Source: Octopus sinensis (lineage: Eukaryota). Taken from it: a stretch of 64,000 bases of DNA. Location: positions 186,001 to 250,000 of the forward strand of contig NC_043012.1 of NCBI RefSeq assembly GCF_006345805.1, read 5' to 3'. Positions 38,420-53,541 of this stretch are shown here, one piece after another. The notes beneath the pieces were generated by a model that saw only the letters and a list, made by a program, of their open reading frames with translations, did no database searches and had not been told where the DNA came from. The position numbers and the translations under genes were made by a program. The first letter of the stretch is position 1. Each line of letters begins with the position of its first letter.

Positions 38420-39309
38420 TATAGATAGATAGATAGATAGATAGACTGACATACATGCATGCACACATACAAACACCTTTACATATACAGACACATACAC
38501 ACATATGCTGTGACCCAGCTAATTTTTATTGTATTTCTTCTACGTCTGATACAATAGATACATTGAAGAAATAGCAATGGACACGACACTGCTTCCTGAA
38601 ACACTATATTGAACGACTGCTCTACTTCTAGGGTGAAAATCTGACGTCAATGCGACGTTACAAAGGAAACGCCCTGTATTGAACTTATCTGTTTGTTACC
38701 CATGTTAACAGCTAAATATATTGTTAAACGTATTCAAGAGCTGAAGGTCGTCACGATGTATTTTGTGCGCAATGCCTCTAATGACGAAAATCGATCACAG
38801 TAATGTGACATATATCTGTATAGAAAACAGACAATACTGTAAACAATCGAGAGAGCAATCATAGCTCAATGCCATGACGTAAACTTATACAACTCTTTTT
38901 TAATGCATGGATAAGACTTTGAAATTTACAAGGGAAGTGTATAGTTGCATATACTGACCCAGCATTTGACTGTGGCTTATTTTATCAATGAATGGCTGTC
39001 CTAGAACGGATCTGAGGTGAAGTAATGAGCTCAAGCAAATAGTGCAAAAATCATTTGTTTTCCCCGACGTTGTAAAAATGCTGCCAATTCTCCGTTCTTA
39101 AATACCTGCATCTGATTTAAGGGCAACGACAGAAAATTTGAGGGGAGATGTGTTTGTTGATTCCATTGATACCGGTGTGTGAGTAGTACTATATTGTATC
39201 GACTTCAAGATGTTGAAAGGCAAATGTAAACCTCAGCGGGATTTGAACTCAAAACACAGTTTAAACAAATTAATCACACACTCACACAAACACACACATT
39301 CACACACAC

Positions 39310-39348
<39 letters not shown>

Positions 39349-39387
39349 CATACATACATACATACATACATACATACACACATACAG

Positions 39388-39442
<55 letters not shown>

Positions 39443-40289
39443 ATAAATTAATAAATAAAACATATGCATATATACATACATATATGTACGTACCTACCTC
39501 TACATGCATATATACATGCATATATTGGTACAGGACACCAAAAAAACGTCGAACACCATGAGAAACGAAAACATGATATATATAGGCTAGCCAAACGTTT
39601 TGAACAATATGAATTATCCATCTGATATAATTATTTTCAAATTTCGCTCGAGAACATTCCAGAGAAATATAATTTTCAACCAGTTCTATAAATCGACAAC
39701 TCTTCGACTTTGATAATTTGATAACAAATTTGATAAGGGCAATCATACGAAACTTTCAGGCCTTGAGTCACTAGTAATTTATATATATATATATATTAGT
39801 GCGAATACTCTATATTTAAGATAGCGTATTTTACATTGTATCATATATTTGTGTAATATATATACATAAGTATACACAATTGTACCGAATGCGATATCCT
39901 TGATTATGTGTCTTGATTATGCTTGTACTGAAGATTAAACAGTGCATTTTGTGCACTATTTATGAAATCATATGATCTGCAGCTGAATCTGCTTTTAAAA
40001 GGCCCGCTTCGAGAGTTACTTTCCCTCGCGTTCGGTACAATTGTGTTTATTATGGTAGTTTTTGACTTTAAGAGCCCCTCCTAGCGTGAGGCATTTATGT
40101 ATGATAATGCCCTTAATATAAATAAAAATATATTTAAAGGGAATAATAAATAAATTTTTCCCTTATGAGGCTTTTTCACGCTAACTAGTTGATAAATTCT
40201 TATAAAGATTTTATTCTATTTTTAAATTGTACGTAAGTATATATATAGAATGCTGTAATTAAGAATCTGATATAGAACATCTGATATAG

Positions 40290-41460
40290 AACAGCTGAAA
40301 AATTTTCAAACTCCATAGTCCGGTAGGGGGCACGCTCATCATGTGCTAAACCCAGTTTCATTGCAGCCTCTTTGTAACTATGGCAAACTACACCATTAAT
40401 AGTCCTCATATCTTCAAATGATGTAGCTCCGGGAATACGATATAGTAAAGCACTCAGATAGAATCGCTCTTGTTCCTTTGGTGAAACAATGTAGATACGC
40501 ACAATTCAGTGTGTATTATTTTTCCTGAGATACCACATTTTTTTCACTATTATTCCATGTGTAAGATTCAGGGAAATCAGTATAGTGTGATGTACGTGCA
40601 AATGAGTTGGCTGCTGATTCCCGGTTAACTCGCATCCATTGAGTGAGAGTGGACCTCAAGTATGTGGATAACATGTTCAATATCATTATCGTCATTAAAG
40701 TAAATGTATTGCTGTTGGGGTAGCTGAACTGTAAGCTGTTGGACTGCAGGATATGAACCATGTAATTTGAACCCTAAAACCTTCCAGACTGCCTCTGATG
40801 AGAATACATAGCAGCCATTGATATGATTTTCAATTTCATCTTTGCGTGTTTGTCGAGCATGGTTTGTCCACTAATATTGACTGTCACCCAATCATGAATA
40901 TATTTGCTAATATATTTAACTGATTTTACAGAAGCATATATATCTATATAACGATGGCCTCCATATTTGACTAAAAAGAAGGGGGAAATAGGGTACTACT
41001 GAACGATTATCTAATTCAACATTACACCTTGCAAATGTAAAGCCATTATTTCGACGTCGGTAAAAGTGGATAGCCATTATAACTGTGTAATGTATTTTCT
41101 TGAAAGCCTTTAGGGAAATGTTTTGTATATTCCCCATCAACCATACATGTTGTAGTGGGTTTATCTCTTCCACATGGATCATGTAGCATGCTTTTGGTGA
41201 CATGTTGAAACAGAATTGATTGTGTTTGTGGATTTGGAAGTTCTGCATAAAGAAATTTATCATAATGTTCTGGATCTTTTTTTTAATATAAACAACACAT
41301 AATGGGGTAGAGCACGCTTTTCGAACTCTGTAGTCCACATGTACCTTGCAACCGCCCCCAAAGCATTCTTCTCCAAAATATCATGGAAGAAATCCCTAAG
41401 TTTCATATTAAATACTCTGTCAATCTCCCACTCCAAAGCAGCGGCACCATTCTTTATCGT
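40290..41460 (-). pseudogene. Helitron RepHel fragment (Rep/HUH domain)
   Basis: TEFEKRALPH (EFQ.RGLPH motif), YRRRNNG...LDNRSVVPY, and ERFYLSALLYRIPGATSFEDMRTINGVVCHSYKEAAMKLGL; many frameshifts. Confidence 0.92.
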
Positions 41461-43275
41461 CACGAGGAAGAAAGTTCAAATGTCCACAATAATAGAAATA
41501 CACTAGAAAAAAGAAAAAAAGAAGCCCGAACGCAAAAATAGACAAAGAAAACAAAAAAGATAATTCAAAAACAGAAGGAAAAACATGGAAGAAATAAAAA
41601 TATGGTTCCAAATGGTAACTACACAATTCTGGCCACAGGTACTCCTGGCCCTCTCCTTTGGCTGGTACTCCGAGCTGGAATCTTAAATCCACAGAAGACG
41701 AATCTTCGCCACAATGGGCCACAAAAGATTTCAATGACTGAAATAAACTTCAATTTTTGGGCGGGGATACACCCCCAACATTTTTTCAACAAGCAAAAAT
41801 CACAATAGCTGCCGAGAGCAGGCGAAATTGTCCCAGAGCTGGGTGCAATTTACGGAAAAAAAGTCCAAAACAATAAATCACGCCCAGCTCAAAACAAACA
41901 AAATCACCTACCTCGCACGGACTTCTTAATTTTCAGTTTTAGGACGGAGCGTACTAGCTCATGCCTTCCTTGTTCAAGTGTTGAAGCAACACACCAACAC
42001 GCATGCGCGGGTAAGCAAGCTTCTTACCACAGAGCCACTCCTGCGCCTATTAAACATATTAATGTTTCTCATAAAATGGTGTATATTCAACTTATATCTA
42101 TATTATTTATGATTATTTAAGGCAAACACAAGTAAAACGTAAATTCGTTTCCCTTTAATGTGTTTGGGTATATTTGAGTTCGATTTGCATATGTTCGTCA
42201 ATTCGCTAAGATCCCTTTAAGGTAAAGAAAATCGAAATTTTAAATTCGGGGGTAGGGTGGGATGAAATTTGAAAAGGTATTTTGGTCTTTTTGTTTATTC
42301 GTAATATCCGACATAGAGTAAACATCATGCAATAATATTTCTAGATGTCTTATATCACAAAAGCAAATCGAATTGTATGAATAGATCATAAGATTGATAC
42401 GTGTAGGGTTGACGGTAAGTTTTGTCTTCGGGCATGCGCATAAACATGTACTCCGGTCAGGAAAATGCTATAACCGGTTAATATATATCACTGGGCATGC
42501 ATAACAGGACATACAGAGAAACTTCTTTTCTTTTAGATATATTACTAATGATCCGATAACTGAGAATGTCAGTCTGTCTGTCTGGTTGTGTGTGTGCCTA
42601 AAACTCGAGAGCTACCCAACCGATTTCATTCAAATCTTATATATGAATTACTCGGGGTCCATGGAGTGTCATGGGCCAAAATCATTTTCAACTCGTTGCC
42701 TAATGCGGGCCCGCAGCAATCTCTTAGAGTGGTTGTGTATTACATGCCAAAAGTGAAGCAATATCATGTATATTGTAATGTGATATAATGTTTCACTTTT
42801 ATACATTCACTTTTAATTCTCACTATAATATTGTTTTACTTTTATTCAGATTAGTAGAAGTCACTTGTTCAATGTGTCACGCAGTAAGAGTGAAGACGGA
42901 ACCATGTGGTTCTGTGTTCTTACCACATTGACACGCTTGCACGTATAATGAGTGTTTCCATCATAACCGGTGATTTGCGAGATACGCGACTACTTTGCTC
43001 AATGGTTTATGTAGGTCAGAGTGTATAAGTGTATACACTACTACGTGGGTCCATGCGTGTATATCTGTCAATCTGAGTATGCGTGTGTAAGTATGTGTGT
43101 GTGTGTGTGTGTAAGTGTACGCTTGTGTGCGTTAGTGCGTGTCTGTGAATATCTATTTGAACAACTATAAGAGAAATTACGTTACGTAAATATTTACAAT
43201 CATAAAAAAAACTTTATTAGTACAAATCAAGGGTGAAAAATCAAACCTAATAAAAAAAAGCTATAAAACTGATGC

Positions 43276-43385
<110 letters not shown>

Positions 43386-43972
43386 CCGTGTGTAAAATGA
43401 GATTGTTCCTTCCTAGGGATATTTACACGGGCGTACACCGGTTTAACTCTATATAAATTAACGATACTGGAAATTCAACATGTGTATATGTACTAATGTT
43501 TATCATCGGTTCTTCTTCGATAATAATACGTTACACTTTTGAAATCGCAGTTGTCGCTATGGATATTTCTATCTTTAAAAATAATCAATATATCATAACA
43601 GTCTATTCATGTTGCATACAACCGGTTTCAATTATATTACTTATTCCATGTTATGCAAATCAATTGCTCATGAATTTGTAAAAGCAAAATCCTTCATCAG
43701 TCATTTTTTTCCCTGATGAAATTTGTTTTGCTTTTTCAAATTCATAATGTATTTTAATTGCATAAATGTAGATTGCAGTACTAAACTGAAACGCATGTAG
43801 GCAACATGAGTTGACTATTATAAGAAATATATTGATTTTTCTGTATATGCATTCACCATTTTCTTTGTATTGTAAAATCTATATTATATATATATATATA
43901 TAATATATATATCCATATGTATATATATACACTCATATATATATATATATATGTATAAATATATATATCCAT

Positions 43973-44005
<33 letters not shown>

Positions 44006-44798
44006 ATATATATATATATAAATATATATATAATATATTTATATATATATATGCATATATATATATCCATATATATATAAATATATATATATATTTAATA
44101 TATATATATATATATATTCATATATATTCCATATATATATATTTGTATATACTCTCACATATATCTATACACACATATAATATATACATAAATATATATA
44201 TATATATATACTTATATGTATATATACATATATAGGTACATGCTTATACATACATATACATTCCTATCTATCTACTTATATATATACATATATACATACA
44301 TATATATGTATATATATACACACGAACATGCATAGAGATACATAGTGAAACTAATAGAAATGAAACTAATATATATATTTACATAGAGTAATTATTAATA
44401 AGGATTCTATTGAAACCGAATGTATTATCTCACATTACAACAAAGATATTATTGTTTCACTTTTGACACGTAAAACTGAAACAACTTAAGAGATAAGCGA
44501 TTGCTCCGGGTTCGCATTAGGCAAGAAGTTGAAAATATATTTTGGCGCAAGACACAGCATGAACCCTTAATTAAAGCATGTGTAAAATTTGATAAACACA
44601 TACAGACTGACAGACAGACACACACGTTCTCACTTTTATATATATATGCGTGTGTGTATGTTTCTGTGTGTGTACAGGTATACATTGATAGACACATACC
44701 TATACATATACAGACATACAGACATTCTCTCTCGTGTACACACACATATACGCACCTAATGCACGCGCGCACACACTCATATATATATATATGTATAA

Positions 44799-44845
<47 letters not shown>

Positions 44846-44994
44846 CATATATATATTCATATCGATATATATATATATCATATATTATATATATATACAT
44901 ATATAAATACATATACATACATACATACATACATACATACATACATACATACATACATGCATGCATACATACATGCATATATGCATGTATGTAT

Positions 44995-45432
44995 ACCGAA
45001 CGTTACCAACGGTGCAAATAACATGAAATATGTAAACATACGAGGGAAAAACCAAGAGAAATTCCTAAACAAGAGGAAAAAATGGAAAACAGGACAAGTT
45101 AATACGGAGAAAGGACCCTTCGTCAGTTGTCGGCTGTCTATCTACGCTTCATTTCGAGCATTCAACGACGATATGAATCTTGAAAAACATTTGCCCCCAT
45201 AAATTCCTAAAATTTAGGATTTATGGAGGGGCAAAGTTGGGAACCTGAACGAAAACGAACATGGAGGGTCAGACCAGAACGAGAGGAGAATAGTGAATGC
45301 TGGGAGATTGCTGTTTTTTTTTTAAAGAGAAAAGATAGAAGAAAGAGAGAAAACACGTGCGTTTGTTTAAACGTCCGTGCATGAAAAGAAAGTTGATCAC
45401 GTGAAGGGAAAGATGGACGATGGTCACGTGTG
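44995..45432 (-). mobile_element. Dispersed pseudo-LTR-like repeat, relative of 2716-3152
   Basis: Reverse complement shares gctcacacgtgaccat.gtccatcttt...tcatat.gtc.ttgaatgctcgaaatga...gtcctgttttccattttt. Confidence 0.65.
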
Positions 45433-45907
45433 AGCAACGAGAGAGAAAGAGGAAAAAGAGAAAGAGGGGAGAGAGAGAAGACAGATAGGAGACAGAAGAA
45501 GGGTGGGGAGAAAAAGGTATTAGAGAAGGGTGGAGGGAGGAATAGAATAGAGAGTGGCATCAAAAAGTTGAAGATAAATTTACTCGCAAATGGATATATA
45601 TATATATATTTATATATACATACATATATATATATACGTACATATATTTGCATTAATACATATATATATATGTATATGTTTGTATTTATATATATATACA
45701 TATAAGTATACACGTACGTATACATATATATATGCATATATATAGACATACATATATATAGCCTTATGAGTGTCTGTGTGTAAATACATGCATGTGTGTA
45801 TATATGTATGTATATATGTATATAGGTGTACACACACACACATATATATATATACATACATATACATGCATGTGGGTATATATGTATATTTGTACGTGTA
45901 TATATAT

Positions 45908-45938
<31 letters not shown>

Positions 45939-46452
45939 ATATGTATACAGTATATATGTATTTATTATATACATATATATATATACACACATATATATCT
46001 ATATGTACATATATGTATATGTGTGAATAGATATATGTGTATATATATGTGTGTATGTGCGTGTGGACATGTGTATGCATCAATGTGTGTGTTTGTGAGT
46101 GTTTGTGTCTGTGTGTCTATGTATATGTGTATTTGAGTGCTTGCATGTGTCGTCGACATGTATATGCGTATGTAAGATTGAAACGTAGTTAAATATAGTT
46201 TTACTTGGTATGACCTACAACCAATTTCTTTGTCATTTTGGTAACAGTTCACAGAAAAGGTCACACTACTCTATTCCACCGAATTGAAGGTGATTCGCAC
46301 TTTTTCAGCCGATCGTCTAATATGTATGCACGAGAGTGTGTGCGTAAATGTGTCTCAGGGTCCTATGTACCCATGTTGTAATATATAAACATATATATGT
46401 GTGAATATAATGTATGCAATATACATGCACACATGTTTATATATATATATAT

Positions 46453-46486
<34 letters not shown>

Positions 46487-46694
46487 CTTGATGTTTTTCT
46501 CTTTCTCTTCGTCTCTATATATGTATATGTATGTTTATATGCATATATATATATATATATATACCACACACACATATATGCCCCGTCTTCCTTTCCCACG
46601 TGATGTCCTTGGTCATCATCGGCGACGACGGAGGTACTACTACTAATAATAACAATAACAACAAGAAGGAGGGGGAGGAGGAGGAGGGAGGAGG

Positions 46695-46769
46695 AGAAGA
46701 AGAAGAAGAAGAAGAAGAAGAAGAAGAAGAAGAAGAAGAAGAAGAAGAAGAAGAAGAAGAAGAAGAAGA
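46695..46769. repeat. (GAA)n microsatellite
   Basis: Direct observation. Confidence 0.97.
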
Positions 46770-46924
46770 CCACAAAGGCTGAGCACCAAAACATACAGGT
46801 AAAATACAAACAAGGGACAAGTGGCGTTTAAAACAGAAAATGTGTAAACAATAAAAACAAAAACAAAACAATTAACAACAACAATAAAAGAAACAGCAAA
46901 ATGCTTCAATGGGCGGTGTTCCAC

Positions 46925-49900
46925 CCAGGCCAACAAGGTACCTCACACTTCCTGGTCACCCTGACTGCCAAGAGCACGCCAGGTAAGTACCTCTCTTCTT
47001 CTCAACTGCTCCGGCTTACAGGCGAAGACAGTGCTCATTCAGGCGAGGCATTTTCCCAATATCTACGAACCTCTTAACAGACTTCCCTAGTCTTTTCCGG
47101 AGGAACTTCAGGTCGGGGCGTGTGGATAACTTCCAGAAATCCTCTGGTTGGCAGTGCTATGCTCAATTTTCCTTTCCAAGTGGGACTTGAAAAAGTCGAT
47201 GAGGTCTTGGCCGAAGTGAAAAGTGTCTGTCTTCAGCCCTTTTACGCGCGTCTACCACACGACCTCTTTCGCTATAGCCACCAGGAAGAGGAAAACTGTC
47301 TTTCCCTCCCAGCCAAAAGAAATTGGCGGGGCGATCCTCACAATGGACTCGGCTGATAACCGGATCCGTCCTACACGTGACAACAGCCGTGCGACAAAGC
47401 TCCACAGGTCAATAATGCACGGACACTGGACGAGTGCATGCAGGACGTTTTCATCAGCCTACGCACAACTTGGGCATGACTGCCTGACATCACTTTCAAG
47501 TCTGTAGAGCTTGTCTCGAACCGGCAGAGCTCACCGATAGCACTGCTAGCGTAGGGATTTCTGGAAGTTATCCACAAGCCCCGACCTGAAGTTCTTCCGG
47601 AAAAGACCAGTTAGGTGATCCCCCTCGTGGTCAAAGTTTCTCCGATGACTTCATCGCTTTTTCCCACCACTAATCCCCTACAGAACTCCATGGTAGAACT
47701 TGTACCGACCGCATAGCCCGAATGACACAAAGCCTATTAGAGCTTGCCGACACCCCAGTTGCTACGCACCCTTTCTTGGTCTGCGCGTGACCCAGCATTG
47801 TAGCTCCGTCAATGAAACGAGCTGTGGAAATTCCTGTTTGACAAACGGTAACCAAACTTGCTTACCGTTGAGGAAGCGCTAGAGATGTCGCAGCCTCAAC
47901 GCATGTCTGCGCATCATTAGCCACGGCAAGCCCAGTTTTCCACTCAGCGGCAGTTGACAACACGTCCCTTCCATTCGTGGTTGACCCTATCAAAAGCTTT
48001 CGTCTGATCCAAATTAATCAGAACCCCATGTCAGATTCCTTACCCACCTTTTCTATGATGTTGTGCATGTGGCGGAGGTTGTCATGGATAGTTCTCTGTG
48101 GAATAGTGCATGTCTCTACATCACCAACCAACTTATCGACAAGCGTCAAACACCTTGACTAAAATCTTATAATCTGCATTCAGCAGAGTTATATGCCTGA
48201 AATTATCAATTTTGTCTCCCTTGTTGGGTCCTTTGCCAACAGCACTGCCACTCTACGGTTCACAGCACTAGGAATTCTCCAGTTCTACTGCCAGTTGTGT
48301 TAGTTGTGTCTGCCAAGAGACCACTGAACAAGTCTGACATATGAAAATAAAGCTCGAAGAGCAAACTATCCTGCCCCAGAGACTTCTCTCTTGCGCAGGC
48401 TTTCATCGCGTCCCGTATATCTTCGGCAGTTATCGGCATTTCGCAGAACTCCGCAACCCTGGCTGAGAGGCGTGGCATGCTGCTGAGATAGGAAGTGAAA
48501 TCCAGCACAACCTCAGACCCACCGTGCACCCCATACAGTTCGGTGAAGTACTACTGAAACTCTGCACACATCTGCTTGGACTCGATTATCATGCGCCCAT
48601 CACAGCTTGCCAAAGACCGAATTGTTGCTCTTTCCACGAAGCGACTCTGCTACCCGGGCCCATCCTCCTGTATTGCTGCACGCGCCCTACCTCTTACAAC
48701 GCAACCTTCATGCTTGGCATTGAGGAATTGGTCAAGGTCCAATCTCGCCGCCAGTATGCCGGTCGCTTTGCCTTTCCTAAGCGCATCTTCTCGCTTCCTA
48801 ACTAGGTCTCCCTCTATCCTAGACTCCTCTAACTGTATTTCCTTACTAAAACTTATCGCTTCTACTCTAATAGCCCTTTTTCAGGGCTATCCACCAACGG
48901 CTGTTGACGATTGCGCCCGCCAACTTTCGATGGACTAACTTGCTAACCCAGTCTCTGAAAGCGTTGCGCGCCGGGAAGGATGCGTTCAGCTTCCAGGATC
49001 CAGGGCCCTGTCTATGGATCCTATCTATGTCGACCGTACAGATCACAAAATTATGGTACGTATAGCTGACGACTTTGAAACGAGGACAACTGACACTACT
49101 TCTATCTGCAGGCCTACAAAATTCTCTATCTAGACCCAATGGAAGACCCAATGCGGTTCGTATTGGCGCAATCGGGAAATCCAGTTAGTACCTTGTCATC
49201 CAACTGGAAGCGACTGAGTAGGTTTCTGAGTCTTTTACTCCCCCTTTTCCAATCAGCTAGCCCCGCCCTGTCGAGGCGTGCATTTACGATGGCGATCTAG
49301 TCAACCACTAACATTAAAGAACGTGACGTCCCAAGGAGAACCTCCAAAAGTCTGAAGAAATCTGGCTGCCTCACCTCCATGGGGGCGTAAACAGCGACTG
49401 GTCTAGAGGCACCACCTTCACTGTCTCTTATGTCAAGAACTACCAACGTACCCTTCAGGTCCAGGAAGATCGTCCGAATTTCAAGATCCAGGCCTTTCCT
49501 AACTAAGAGATGCGAAGATCGCATAATGGTCGAAAATGGGTGCAAGATTGCGAGTTTCAGAAATCCTGGTCTCACTGGCTGCTATCACATCCAAACCTAA
49601 CAACCTGAAGGTCATTGCGCAAGCGACATTGCTTCGAGAGTGACCTCAGGTCGCGAACATTTATAAATCCCACTCTGACAATCACAATGTCGGCTCGAAA
49701 GGGTTAAAGAAAAGAAAAAAGTGGAGGTTACTTACCCTCCTGGAGTTGTTGGCAGCCCGGCTCCGAATCTGGTTCCTCTGCGAAATGGGCAAAAAATGCG
49801 CTTGGTGGCGCGGACGTTTGGCCTTACCACGTCATGCGGGAAGTCCACCTGAATTATTTCTTTGAATTCTTTGAGGGGTAAACCGTATCAACATAAGGTC

Positions 49901-49925
49901 ATCTGGAACCCTAAGGGTGCTGGTG
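46925..49925 (-). pseudogene. Decayed L1/Tx1-clade LINE (APE endonuclease and partial RT)
   Basis: INVRDL...DVIAASETR, AVYAP, GPGSWKLNASF, PITAEDIRDAMK...KSLGQDSL, NFRHITLLNADYKIL, LDQTKAFDRVNH; many stops and an internal deletion. Confidence 0.92.
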
Positions 49926-50098
49926 TCATAGGTTGCACTCTCTCTCTATCTTTGTGACCACTTCCACTGTTTCCACTCTCCACAACGCCGTCACCGCTTT
50001 GAATTGTGTTCTGAATTGCGTCGCTAACACTACTACTACTACTACTACTACTACTGCCGCTGCTGTCACCGCTGTAACCACTAGGCCATGTACCTCCT

Positions 50099-50135
<37 letters not shown>

Positions 50136-50137
50136 AT

Positions 50138-50172
<35 letters not shown>

Positions 50173-50675
50173 CACGACGAGCTTCTTTCAATTTCCTTCG
50201 ACCAAACCCACTGACAAGGATTTGGTTGGCCCGAGGCTATAGTAAAAGATAGCTTGCCAAAGGTGATATGACGAGTACCAAGCTTCTTACCACAGAGCCA
50301 CGCCTTTTATTATAGTATACTAAATTTATTTTTACCATACTAACTGTACAACGTTACACAATACTACAATACATTACAACTTACTATACGACACAAAGCC
50401 GTATTACATTATTGCTCAACTATTGATCACACTCCACTCCACACCACTCCACTCCACACCACTCCACTTCCACGTTATAGGCCGTTTCAGTATCAACACA
50501 CGATCTTTCAGATAAACTTCCTTCATTATATTTAAATGTAAACAAATTTATATGTAAATTATATCCATGTACACAATGACAGGCACACTCATGCAAACAC
50601 GCACATAGATACAGGCGTGCACACATACACACATGCACACACAGACATTCACACACATACGTACACGTACACACC

Positions 50676-50712
<37 letters not shown>

Positions 50713-51706
50713 GTACACACAATTATTTGTAATCCTTTATTTGAAAAGAGGTCAGTTTCGGCGAAAAGGAAGCGTATTTAGTTGTGAAATACTGCCCTAA
50801 ATAACAAGTATCCATCCAACCAACATAGAAATTAGACGTAAGGTGATCTGCCTACTGCAACGTGCTAAAAGAAAAAAAAACACAGTAAAAAAACATTTGA
50901 TAAACTAACAACGATATCAGACCATTCAATGATAATCTCAGGGAAGATCAGCTGCTAGAAACCCAATCATATACCAACTTCCTGTCATAAAACAACAAGA
51001 AAAAAGACAAGCGGTTTTGCAACATGGCTGCAGTACTTCGATGAAACCATTAGAAAAGAATCTATCTATCTATCTAGCTAGCTATCTACACACACACATA
51101 TACACACACACGCACACGCACACACACACCCACACAAACACAAACACACACACACATATATATATATATATACTTTGATACTTTGATAGGTTTCGGACAG
51201 TATTGTCTCAAGCCGTGTCTAACTTAATACCACCACTTGGCAAAGTCATTCAAATCAGGAATCGGACAACATCGCTCATCGAGGAGAGTGTTATTGGTCG
51301 AAATTACCAGAATAGGACAACTTTAACGTGAAATAACTTCGTAAATATAAGTTTTTCTCAAAAATGCTAAGAGTAAAAGATGTTTTATATGACACATTCT
51401 ACCAGTGTCCGAAGTTTGAAAGTGTTTAGTTACAAAAAAATCATTTTTTAAATCTGTCGGGCAAAAGGTAAAGATCCGGAATTTCATATTGGTCAACCAG
51501 GGATTTCGAGAATAAAATCATTAATGAGAAGTCATGTGTACTGACCAACAATGGACCCTGACAATGAAGAATCGGTGAAAGCATGCAAAGGGTGTACTTT
51601 AACTGCGAAATCACCTACTACTAAATGGCAATCGTGGCCTAAAGCAGATCTTCAATGGGCCAGGCTGCATGTTGATTACGCAAGTCCACTTAATAGTTCA
51701 TATTTT

Positions 51707-51958
51707 GGAAGCGCTCCGTCGGTTACGACGATGAGGATTCCGATTGATCCGACCAACGGAACAGCCTGCTCGTGAAATTACCGTGTAAGTGGCTGAGCAC
51801 TCCACAGACACGTGTACCCTTAAAGTAGTTCTCGGGGATATTCAGCGTGACACAGAGAGTGACAAGGCCGGCCATTTGAAATACAGGTACAAAAGAAACA
51901 GGAAGAAAGAGTGAGAGAGAGTTGTGGTGAAAGAGTACAGCAGGGATCACCATCATAC
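51707..51958 (-). mobile_element. SINE type C, 3' part only
   Basis: Matches the type C tail; the head is missing where SINE A begins. Confidence 0.9.
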
Positions 51959-51962
51959 CATC

Positions 51963-52362
51963 ACTCTTTTCACTTTTACTTGTTTCAGTCATTTGACTGC
52001 GGCCATGCTGGAGCACCGCCTTTAGTCGAGCAAATCGACCCCGGGACTTATTCTTTGTAAGCCCAGTACTTATTCTATCGGTCTCTTTTGCCGAAACCGC
52101 TAAGTGACGGGGACGTAAACATACCAGCATCGGTTGTCAAGCAATACTAGGGGGACAAACACACACACATACACATATATACATATATATACATATATAC
52201 GACAGGCTTCTTTCAGTTTCCGTCTACCAAATCCACTCACAAGGCATTGGTCGGCCCGGGGCTATAGCAGAAGACACTTGCCCAAGATTCCACGCAGTGG
52301 GACTGAACCCGGAACCATGTGGTTGGTTAGCAAGCTAATTACCACACAGCCACTCCTGCGCC
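51963..52362 (-). mobile_element. SINE type A, full length
   Basis: Reverse complement of type A. Confidence 0.92.
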
Positions 52363-52924
52363 TATTTGTTGACACTTTCAAGAGGGCGTTGAGAAGGACG
52401 AACAGTGAAGTTATGGACAACCTTGCACTGCAACGATTTCAAAGTGTGTACCGTGTAACACCTAATCCGAATACGCTGTCGAGAATGTCATCTGCAGAAT
52501 TGATGTTTGCCAGGAAAGTCAGACCTGTCTTTGATAATCTAATACCGAGTGAACATTTTAAAAAAAGGCGATCAACAAAAATACTTCAAAATTCTTCAAG
52601 CTGGGTGTCAAAGTTTTTTTTTAAACCTATAGATATGGTAAATAATGCTGGGAGGACGGTATAAATATTGAACCAATTGGAACTATGTTATTCCTGGTAA
52701 AAGGAAAAAATGTCGAACATAAAAAGACATATCAACCGGCTTAAGAAAATATTCACGGAAAGAACAGTCACGAGAAAGTAAATCCCCATGGAAGTATTGT
52801 ACGACACGCTTGAGGTACCAACACCTAGCACAAGAAAACTGAAAAGAACAGACGCACTGGAATTGAACCTTAAGCGTAAGAGATATTAAAGCTGAGTGAA
52901 GTTCAATTCTCAAAGGAGGAGAAG

Positions 52925-53186
52925 TGAGCGGAGACTGATACTAAAAAAAGGGAGAAATTGTGGAAGGATTCCGACCACCCCTTAAGTAACTAAAGGCGGT
53001 CTGAGTCAATGTTATAAAACAAAGAACTGTGAGCGATTGACAGCTTAGGTTGGTAAGCAGTTCATTATGAGCCGTGATTGAGAGCGTTGAATCTCGTGTA
53101 ATAGTAATAGTAGTGCGTCGTGTATATACTTTCTCCCCCCCCCACCCCACCGCCACCGCTTCATTAAATACATATATCCACCATAC
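52925..53186 (+). mobile_element. Probable 3' LTR of the Gypsy element
   Basis: Polypurine tract aaaggaggagaag (52912-52924) immediately followed by TG; ATTAAA near the end. The right boundary is approximate. Confidence 0.55.
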
Positions 53187-53510
53187 TAAGATATAATATA
53201 TAATATATATATATTATATATATATATATATATATAGAAAGAGAGGGAAGAGAGAGAGAAAGAGAGAGATTGAGAGAGAGTGAGGGAGACGGAGGAGACA
53301 GACAGACTTGGTTGTATTTCAAATATTATTAAAATACCAGCAGTTTTGCAGATACACACAAACGCCCTCCGATGAATCGTAAGAAAGACAATGTAATTTT
53401 AGTCGAAGCTCATTTCAAGCTACCGAGAACATAAGGCCTAATTTTACGCAGAGACTAATAATTAAATGTTATTAAATATATTAATATGTCTTCGTATAAA
53501 TAATTAGTCA

Positions 53511-53541
<31 letters not shown>

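Larger units (their letters stand above)
51485..52911 (+). pseudogene. Gypsy/Ty3 integrase fragment interrupted by two SINEs
   Basis: HIGQPGISRIKSLMRSHVY*PTMD...VKACKGC (H2C2 zinc domain), WARLHVDYASP, then after the SINEs FVDTFKRAL...YRVTPNP...SSAELMFARKVR. Confidence 0.9.

Noticed and set aside
46531-46782. Acidic poly-E ORF
   Set aside because: (GAA)n microsatellite adjoining the LINE 3' end.
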